A stretch of DNA of 64,000 bases, taken from an uncultured Gammaproteobacteria bacterium (GTDB taxonomy: Bacteria; Patescibacteriota; Microgenomatia; Daviesbacterales; UBA10151). This document shows, piece by piece, positions 57,468 to 64,000 of this stretch; the stretch's first letter is position 1, and every line of letters starts with the position of its first letter. Position numbers and translations under genes: made by a program. The notes below the pieces were generated by a model, which was given only the letters and a program-made list of their open reading frames with translations, made no database searches and had not been told where the DNA came from. Location of the stretch: assembly GCA_964392925.1 (NCBI GenBank), contig CAYMRP010000002.1, positions 72,759 through 136,758 on the forward strand, given 5' to 3'.

Positions 57468-57872
57468 ATGAAACATGAAATAGGAATGTGTGATTTTGAT
57501 GACTCGTACGATTGGCAGCCATCAAATAAAAAGAATGATAAACCAGATTTACCAAGGGGTGTTAAAGCTACTCCAAGTATTTCTATTGAAACTCGGGAAC
57601 CAGTTCCTGCAGCAACTAAAAGAAATGCCATCAGCTTAGCTGAATGGGTAATTAAAAATAGGGACGCAAACTCTCTGTCTTTCGGCGAAAAAACCGCCTG
57701 GAGCCAGGGAATAGGTTTCATCAAAGAAAGAGATACGCTTAACAGCGCAACAAGAGTTGATACTCAAACTTCTGATACTGAAACTATAGAAATAAAGGCA
57801 AAACCATTAGAGCAATTTATAACTCCCACAGCTTCCCCAGCTGCTAGCCGAACTCTTGCCCTCGCCCTCTAA
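57468..57872 (+). CDS. Hypothetical protein
   Basis: AGAAAGGA SD. Confidence 0.65.
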   Translation: MKHEIGMCDFDDSYDWQPSNKKNDKPDLPRGVKATPSISIETREPVPAATKRNAISLAEWVIKNRDANSLSFGEKTAWSQGIGFIKERDTLNSATRVDTQTSDTETIEIKAKPLEQFITPTASPAASRTLALAL

Positions 57873-57883
57873 AAACTGACTAT

Positions 57884-58234
57884 ATGACCCGCAGAAAAAA
57901 TCCAGAATGGAGTGATCCTACAGCAGAAGCAGCAATTTCAAAATTAAGTTTTGCTGGGAAAGAAAAAACATCCAAACCACCTCCAACAAACTACCAGGGA
58001 GTCGAGTTTTTAAGCAGATTTAATACTCCGTCTGAATCAAAAGAAAGAAGGAGATTAATCAAAAATCTTAATAAAGAAATTGACACTCTCTGCAAGGATG
58101 ATCCCATGAGGATTGAGCTATCCAGAAAAAGAGCAAGGCTTGAAGCCCAACAATTCGCCTCCAGAGTAAGTTCAGATGTTTTTAAAGAAAACAGACGCCA
58201 TCGCAAAGCAATCTTGCATTCACTACGCCCTTAG
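57884..58234 (+). CDS. Basic hypothetical protein
   Basis: 116 aa; DPTA..AI motif. Confidence 0.6.
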   Translation: MTRRKNPEWSDPTAEAAISKLSFAGKEKTSKPPPTNYQGVEFLSRFNTPSESKERRRLIKNLNKEIDTLCKDDPMRIELSRKRARLEAQQFASRVSSDVFKENRRHRKAILHSLRP

Positions 58235-58392
58235 TTTAAAATCTTTATTAATGACAACTTTCAGCACTCAAATTATGTCCTCCATTATCATTGTTAGCCC
58301 AATTATTGGGCGCAATCTCGGGAGGACTTTTTAGAGTAAAACTTTAAAAAGAAAGGCAAAAACCTAACCTCCCGCAAGGGGGGCTTTTTTTT
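58214..58392 (+). promoter_or_regulatory. Promoter and leader-peptide attenuator 3
   Basis: TTGCAT-17-TAAAAT; antiterminator CGGGAGG/CCTCCCG; terminator CCTCCC-gcaa-GGGGGG-C-T8. Confidence 0.85.
58251..58334 (+). CDS. Leader peptide MTTFSTQIMSSIIIVSPIIGRNLGRTF
   Basis: Ile/Thr/Ser-rich 27-aa uORF overlapping the antiterminator. Confidence 0.75.
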   Translation: MTTFSTQIMSSIIIVSPIIGRNLGRTF

Positions 58393-58481
58393 GGCTTGAA
58401 TGTCCAATGGACATTTAAGCGGGTCAATTACATTTAAGCCATCGCAGGATTGTAATGATGAAATTGACCCAGAAAGAAATT

Positions 58482-58847
58482 ATGGCAGTATCACCTGAAA
58501 CACCTAGACAAATAAACCTAAAACAAAAAGTTGCTGTAGCCCAAAGCCTCTACCTACCAAAGGATGGGCGAGCAGAATTGATGCGCGCCAGACTTAAACA
58601 TGCTCCAGATGGAATAGAAGACGGTGTTACTGGTTTTGAACTAGATTCATTAGGAGGAGTTCAAAAAATATACACCCAGGACAAAAAACAATGGTATGAG
58701 ATTTTCCTTTTTGGACCAATAAAAAACCGTGACAGAGAATTAATTGCTCAGTACTTTGGTTTTAATGAAAAACAGAATCAACAGGTCCCAGGTATCGATC
58801 AGGTTGGTCCTTTTAGAATAAGAAAAAATTATTTCGTAACAACTTAA
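58482..58847 (+). CDS. Hypothetical protein
   Basis: Start placed at MAVSPE, just after the conserved hairpin. Confidence 0.65.
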   Translation: MAVSPETPRQINLKQKVAVAQSLYLPKDGRAELMRARLKHAPDGIEDGVTGFELDSLGGVQKIYTQDKKQWYEIFLFGPIKNRDRELIAQYFGFNEKQNQQVPGIDQVGPFRIRKNYFVTT

Positions 58848-58865
58848 AAGAAAGGAGGATTAATA

Positions 58866-59129
58866 ATGGATAGAAAAAATGGATTAGATGTCAGACCCAA
58901 CTTGCCGGTAGAAAATCAACCCAATGGAATTCCTGTAGTCCGTGCAGTCATCGATGCAGATGTTAGGTTTGCACTAGCGGCAGGAATTGATTATACAATC
59001 GATCCAATAACTACAGCATTGGCTAAAAATGGAACTTATTTAGCAGCACCACCGACTGATAGTGAAGTAGCAGCTGCTGTATTTTCAGGCTTAAATTACT
59101 CATTGCCCGGACCTAAAAAAACTCGGTAA
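58866..59129 (+). CDS. Small hypothetical protein
   Basis: AGAAAGGAGG SD. Confidence 0.7.
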   Translation: MDRKNGLDVRPNLPVENQPNGIPVVRAVIDADVRFALAAGIDYTIDPITTALAKNGTYLAAPPTDSEVAAAVFSGLNYSLPGPKKTR

Positions 59130-59293
59130 AAGTCCATCATTACGGGGGAACACGCCCAACTCCCTCGTAATGGCCAAACTCATCAAATTCTATATGACTT
59201 TGCAAGCGAAGAACTTACTCTTCGCTTACTGGATTTTTATATAAACCTATTTATTGCTGAGTACTATTAATATCAATTAGGAGGTGAGTTTAA

Positions 59294-59440
59294 ATGTCAT
59301 TAAGCTTTGGCAACATGAGCCCTTTAGTATCTTTATTATTTGGAATACTTATCTTAATTTTTCCAAAATTAATTAATTATCTTATCGCCGCTTACTTAAT
59401 TATTGTTGGATTATTAGGACTCGGAATTATTCAGGGCTAG
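59294..59440 (+). CDS. DUF3096-like small membrane protein
   Basis: MSLSFGNMSPLVSLLFGILILIFPKLINYLIAAYLIIVGLLGLGIIQG with GGAGGTG SD; below track cutoff. Confidence 0.8.
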   Translation: MSLSFGNMSPLVSLLFGILILIFPKLINYLIAAYLIIVGLLGLGIIQG

Positions 59441-59507
59441 CAGTAATAGGCAGTGAAAGATCTCTTGATTGCATAAGAACTTTTATCTGCCTATACTAAA
59501 TATCAAT

Positions 59508-59849
59508 ATGTTAACAATTATATTATTAGTAATACTGGCACTGGGATTTTCATACTTCTCTGCTTTTAATTCTCAACTAGCCACTATCACAATTCCTGGC
59601 TATGCTCAAATGGAAATTCCTCTCTATATTCTGATGGGTATCACCCTAGTTCTGGGACTTTCTTTCTTCTGGATCATTAGTCTAATCGATTCCTTAACTT
59701 ATTCTATGAAGCTTCGCGGCAAAGAACACACGATTAAAGATGCTAAAGCCACTATCCACGATTTAACTCACCGCATTAACCAATTAGAAATCGAAAACGC
59801 CAAACTAACTGAACGCACTGGAATAGTCAAAGATTCTAACTCTCTCTAA
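59508..59849 (+). CDS. LapA-family membrane protein
   Basis: TM-N-beta-P-TM-coiled coil layout. Confidence 0.75.
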   Translation: MLTIILLVILALGFSYFSAFNSQLATITIPGYAQMEIPLYILMGITLVLGLSFFWIISLIDSLTYSMKLRGKEHTIKDAKATIHDLTHRINQLEIENAKLTERTGIVKDSNSL

Positions 59850-59853
59850 AATT

Positions 59854-60393
59854 ATGAAAGCTTTGCTGATCAAAGCCTGGAATGTACTTAAACTCCCCAA
59901 AGGTTTACAAATCGCTGCTATGCGGATAACTCAGGACGAATTCTTAATTGGAGTCACCGGTGTAATATTAAATGATAAAAACGAAATCTTAATTTGCAAA
60001 CACACCTACCGCGGTGGAGAAAATTGGAGTTTGCCAGGCGGATATTTAAAAGGCAAAGAACACCCCAAAGAAGGATTGGCTCGCGAGATTGAAGAAGAAA
60101 CTGGACTAATTGTTAGAGTCGAGGAACAATATAAATTAAGAACTGATAGAGATACTGCCCGAATTGATATTTCCCTGATTGGTAAATTCATCGGCGGTGA
60201 ATTTAAAGAAAGCCACGAAGTCTCAGAAGCTAAATTTTTTTCTTTTGATAATCTGCCCCAAATCTCCCGTAATCAACTACTCCTGATAAATGAAATACTG
60301 GATTACAAACAAAAGGTAGCGGAGCCCGAGCTTAAAAAACCAACAAATTTAAATTTTTGGCAGAGAGTTAGGTTTGTAATAAAGGGAAAATAA
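59854..60393 (+). CDS. NUDIX hydrolase
   Basis: LPGG....E.......REIEEETG. Confidence 0.92.
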   Translation: MKALLIKAWNVLKLPKGLQIAAMRITQDEFLIGVTGVILNDKNEILICKHTYRGGENWSLPGGYLKGKEHPKEGLAREIEEETGLIVRVEEQYKLRTDRDTARIDISLIGKFIGGEFKESHEVSEAKFFSFDNLPQISRNQLLLINEILDYKQKVAEPELKKPTNLNFWQRVRFVIKGK

Positions 60394-60807
60394 CTAAAAG
60401 TTACTTAAAATAGCAGCTGCTACTAATAGGCGAATCAATGCTTCAAAAGTTTGAACTGCTATTTTCTTAACAATCCATTTTCCTTCAGTGCCGCCAAATA
60501 TAACTGCGCTTACTTGAGCTGGCATCACAAAACCTAACCAAAAGAATGCCGCCATCCCATAAGCATTCCAGCCAGGCAAGTTATTAATGAATATTGCGAG
60601 TACTACAGTGCTGACTAGAGTTACTAAAAGCTGAACCCCATATATAGGGCCCATACTTTTCATCATCTTTTCCTGTGTTTCTTTAGATAACTTATCAAAT
60701 CCGTGAATTTTCCCCCAGAGCTTGCCGAAGAGGAAGGTATACCAAATAGCTCCAACTAAGAATTGGGCTGCAGTAGCGATCGCAATAGTTACAAAGTTAA
60801 GTTCCAT
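60394..60807 (-). CDS. DUF1761-like membrane protein
   Basis: GAIWY..LFG..W and W.GF motifs. Confidence 0.75.
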   Translation of the reverse strand: MELNFVTIAIATAAQFLVGAIWYTFLFGKLWGKIHGFDKLSKETQEKMMKSMGPIYGVQLLVTLVSTVVLAIFINNLPGWNAYGMAAFFWLGFVMPAQVSAVIFGGTEGKWIVKKIAVQTFEALIRLLVAAAILSNF

Positions 60808-60845
60808 AATCTAATAATAAATCCCAAAAAAATAATTTGCAAGTG

Positions 60846-60932
60846 CGGAGAGGGTGAGATTCGAACTCACGGTAAGCTTGCACCCACAATAGTTTTCAAG
60901 ACTATCTCCATAAACCACTCGGACACCTCTCC
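60846..60932 (-). tRNA. tRNA-Ser(TGA)
   Basis: GGAGAGG...ATAGT-CTTGAAA-ACTAT, long variable arm, GTTCGAATC. Confidence 0.96.
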
Positions 60933-60970
60933 AGGCTCACTAATTCTAACAAATTTTGACCAGAAAATCT

Positions 60971-62167
60971 CTATTCTCTCTGTTTACTAAAATCTTTAAG
61001 AGTATTTAGTAATTTTTTAATATCTTTTTCCTTCAGAGCAGGGAAGTTTGCGACTCTCAAATGTTTATTCTTAAACCCGGAATATCCGGCCCCCAAAATT
61101 AGTCCTTTTTCGGCAGCAAACTTTCTTAGTTCGTCACTGCCCTTCAAAATTTCAAAAACAGGCGTTGTAGCCGATGCGTACTTCTGATCCTGAATGAATG
61201 ATGACCCCGTATATTGTGTATCCAAATAAGCGAAGCTTGCGGTTCTCGCTATAGGCTGCGATCCTAAGTCTTCGGGCCCAGAGAAAAAACTATAAAGCAT
61301 ATGAGCCTGATCATTTAAACGTTTTCTAATCTCTAAAATTCCAATTTTTAGAAAATCCTCGATAACATTAGCTAAAAGATAGATTCCGAGTACATTAGGA
61401 GTCTCATTTGTCTGAAAGTCATGTGATTTCTCAACTAATTTAAGCAAACTGTGATAAGACCCAACAGAATAATCTTTAATCTTAGATAACTTATTAGCTT
61501 TTTTGAGGCTATTTGGGCTCAAAATCAGTATCGATAAGCCAGCCGGCAGTCCAAAACCTTTCTGAACTGAGAAGAAAACAGCATCCAGGTATTGGTACTC
61601 AATATCAACATAAGGGACTGAGGAGACAATATCTAAGGCAAATATTTTTTTCGGATACTTTTGTTTTAGTTTATAAATCTGATCCATCGGAATAGAAAAT
61701 CCGGTAGACGTATCATTCTGAGTAATACAAACCAGTTCTACTTCTTTTGAAATTTTTGTTTTTTCTAGCGAAGTTTTAGAAATCTCATTTTGGTCCCAAT
61801 TAAAAAATACTGATTTTTCGGGGGACTTACCCAAGTCAGAAGCAATACCCATCCAGGTCTTCCCAAAATATCCGCTCAAAATATGGTGTGTGTTATTGTG
61901 CGACATCGACTGTGTTATCCGTTCCATGGCTTCTAGGGCAGAGGAGAGGACTACAATTTCATAATCGGCCGGTATATTCAGAAGTTTTCTTAACCCCACG
62001 TCCATTCTTTTATATATCTCTTTAAATTCTGACCCCCTATGAGAAATCGATAATACATCTTCTCTGATAGCATTTTTCACGATTTGAGGAACAGTTGGGT
62101 AAATTTGTGACGGACCGACAGTGAAATAGGTTTTTTTAATACTCTTTGAGGAAAGGGTTTTTGGCAT
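60971..62167 (-). CDS. serC: Class V aminotransferase, probable phosphoserine aminotransferase
   Basis: FTVGPS, SHR, N.TSTG, D..SS, FSVQKGFG.P.G; near serA. Confidence 0.85.
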   Translation of the reverse strand: MPKTLSSKSIKKTYFTVGPSQIYPTVPQIVKNAIREDVLSISHRGSEFKEIYKRMDVGLRKLLNIPADYEIVVLSSALEAMERITQSMSHNNTHHILSGYFGKTWMGIASDLGKSPEKSVFFNWDQNEISKTSLEKTKISKEVELVCITQNDTSTGFSIPMDQIYKLKQKYPKKIFALDIVSSVPYVDIEYQYLDAVFFSVQKGFGLPAGLSILILSPNSLKKANKLSKIKDYSVGSYHSLLKLVEKSHDFQTNETPNVLGIYLLANVIEDFLKIGILEIRKRLNDQAHMLYSFFSGPEDLGSQPIARTASFAYLDTQYTGSSFIQDQKYASATTPVFEILKGSDELRKFAAEKGLILGAGYSGFKNKHLRVANFPALKEKDIKKLLNTLKDFSKQRE

Positions 62168-62339
62168 TTTAGATGCATCCCTATTTAAAAATATCTATAA
62201 GAATTTGGCAATAGATCAACTTCAAAGCTCACCTATTTCTTTTAGTAACTATAGGTTTCTATACTATAGGGCATTTCTACCCTCGCTCCTCTCTAGGGTT
62301 GTTTTAAATTACTAAATTTTATATAGTACGCCAACATAG

Positions 62340-62849
62340 ATGTCGCGTATCGAAGAAGGTAATCAATACTCCAAAATTTCAGAAGGACCTAAAAGTGATC
62401 TCGGAGGCTATCTGTATAAAACACTCCTGGCTAGAGTTATTCCAGGCATAATATCAACAAGCGCCGCCTTAGAGCAATTTGCAGGACAACAACCTGATAC
62501 AACAGCTAGAAAAATGAGGAGTGCTCTCGGCAGACTGCCAATTATTGCTAGTTCCGCAGCCAAAGGCCAATTAGTAAAGGTTAATATAGAAATCGTTAGG
62601 TTACCTCACTCTGAGACAGCCGATACCCTAGCTTCGAGGATTAGTCGGCATGATTCAGAAATATATCCCGTCCCTTCAAGCATTACTAGAAAAATTCACA
62701 GACCCAAAGAAATTGTTTCAGACGGAATGGCTCGCAGTTCTTTGGTACATGGACTTGAAACTGTAGTTACCGAGGTTTCACATCCTGGATCAAACAGGAG
62801 ACTTTATACTGTAAGGTTGGTCGGAGTAGCTCGCCTGCGTGAAGATTAG
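62340..62849 (+). CDS. Hypothetical protein
   Basis: 169-aa ORF inserted opposite between serA and serC. Confidence 0.55.
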   Translation: MSRIEEGNQYSKISEGPKSDLGGYLYKTLLARVIPGIISTSAALEQFAGQQPDTTARKMRSALGRLPIIASSAAKGQLVKVNIEIVRLPHSETADTLASRISRHDSEIYPVPSSITRKIHRPKEIVSDGMARSSLVHGLETVVTEVSHPGSNRRLYTVRLVGVARLRED

Positions 62850-62850
62850 T

Positions 62851-64000
62851 TCAGTAAAGCACTCTTAAACTGATCGTTCCCTTAATTTTCTTAAGCTCCT
62901 CAATCACCCCGAGCTTATACTTTTTATCAATATCTGTAATAACATACCCCACCTCTTCGTTCGTTTTTAAATACTGCTCCAAAATATTCGCCCCGGACTT
63001 TGCCAAAACCTTATTCACTTCCGAAAGAATACCAGGTTCATTCTTATGCAAATGCAGCAACCGGTGAGCTTTCCCCTGCCCGGCTAAATTTATATTAGGA
63101 AAATTTACAGACAAATAAGTATTCCCGGAATTCATAAAATCGATTAATTTCCCGGAAACAAATTGGGCAATATTCCTTTGCGCTTCCTCAGTCGATCCAG
63201 CAATATGCGGAGTTAAAATCACATTAGGCAACCCTGCTAACTCAGTTACAAGCGGATCATCCTTTCCTTTTGGCTCATTTGGAAAAACATCAACCCCAGC
63301 TCCTCGAATTTTTCCTGATTTAATACTTCTGACTAACGCTTCTACATCAACTACAAACCCCCTCGCCAAATTAAGAAAAATTACTCCATCTTTCATCAAA
63401 TTAAAATGCTTTTCAGTAATCAGATTGGTATTCGTTTTACTATCGCCCGATACATGCACCGAAATAATATCTGACTTTTTAAAGACTTCTTCCATGCTGA
63501 CGGCTTTCCTCGCATTCCCTAAAGCTAATTTTTCAATTTTGTCATAAAACAAAACCTCCATCCCTAAACTCTCTGCTAAAACAGACAATTGAGACCCTAT
63601 ACTCCCATAACCAATAATCCCCAATGTTTTCCCCCTGATTTCATTACTGCCTTTGGCTGATTTATCCCAAATCCCCTGATGTGCTTTTACCGATTTATCA
63701 AAAATTCCTCTGGACAAAGCAATAATTTCTCCAATTGCCAGTTCTACAACTGACCGTGTATTTTGATAGGGTGCATTAAAAACCGATACACCAAACTGAA
63801 GCGCTGCCTCTAAATCTACCTGATCAGTTCCAATTGAAAATGTGCCTATTGTCTTAAGTTTTCGGGCATTATTGAGTACATTTTGACTAATCTTTGTTTT
63901 CGACCTGATTCCCAATATCGATATATTTTTTATTCGTTCTATAAGCTCTTTTTCATCAAGCGCTGTCTTTAAAGCCTCAACTTGGTACCCTTCTTTCTTA
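62851..64000 (-). CDS. serA: D-3-phosphoglycerate dehydrogenase (5' end outside window)
   Basis: GIIGYG.IG, N.ARG, DVFP.EP, TPHIAGST.EAQ, C-terminal ACT; frame stays open to the window edge. Confidence 0.95.
   Translation of the reverse strand, partial: KKEGYQVEALKTALDEKELIERIKNISILGIRSKTKISQNVLNNARKLKTIGTFSIGTDQVDLEAALQFGVSVFNAPYQNTRSVVELAIGEIIALSRGIFDKSVKAHQGIWDKSAKGSNEIRGKTLGIIGYGSIGSQLSVLAESLGMEVLFYDKIEKLALGNARKAVSMEEVFKKSDIISVHVSGDSKTNTNLITEKHFNLMKDGVIFLNLARGFVVDVEALVRSIKSGKIRGAGVDVFPNEPKGKDDPLVTELAGLPNVILTPHIAGSTEEAQRNIAQFVSGKLIDFMNSGNTYLSVNFPNINLAGQGKAHRLLHLHKNEPGILSEVNKVLAKSGANILEQYLKTNEEVGYVITDIDKKYKLGVIEELKKIKGTISLRVLY

Noticed and set aside
57301-58206. Minus-strand ORFs 57301, 57365 and 57991
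   Set aside because: Antisense to + strand ORFs that sit in the attenuated operon, two with strong SDs
56800-59240. Prophage or integrative element
   Set aside because: No integrase, structural genes or att repeats recognised
4889-61695. Numerous 60-120 aa ORFs nested in or antisense to recognised genes
   Set aside because: No motifs or initiation signals; shadows of real CDSs

Overview
AT-rich bacterial chromosome segment. Gene content and protein style (short EF-Ts, trigger factor without an FKBP domain, membrane-anchored Clp ATPase, cohesin-dockerin protein, stand-alone PaaX/Cas2-like gene, many orphan ORFs) point to a Patescibacteria/CPR genome, probably Microgenomates; this is inference. 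The backbone is housekeeping: glyA, dnaX, ybeY, rpsU, tig, proS, rseP, frr-tsf-rpsB, a pyrG-tmk-dcd-dut-thyA-folA cluster, topA, dprA, mreBCD/mrdA, pyrF-E-C/pyrD, tdh-kbl, def-fmt, rpmB, rpmG, PBP1a, ilvE, serC, serA and four tRNAs. The supplied ORF track mislabels pyrF/pyrE/pyrC as minus strand; they read on +. The most unusual signals are non-coding. (1) Three leader-peptide transcription attenuators with Ile/Leu/Val-rich leaders control small orphan genes rather than biosynthetic operons, and two share a covarying RNA motif after the terminator. (2) A PaaX/Cas2-like gene is tightly bracketed by two related 32-bp CGATCG-centred palindromes. (3) An HNH nuclease sits between two tRNA-Thr genes, with extra copies of the tRNA 5' end. 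(4) There is a 6S-like ncRNA. (5) Palindromic/heptamer elements are inserted in-frame into dnaX, topA and thyA, some with target duplications. (6) There is a T-box with an ultrashort stem I and a putative CTP-sensing pyrG leader. No CRISPR array, rRNA or transposase was seen. All structures were folded by eye.
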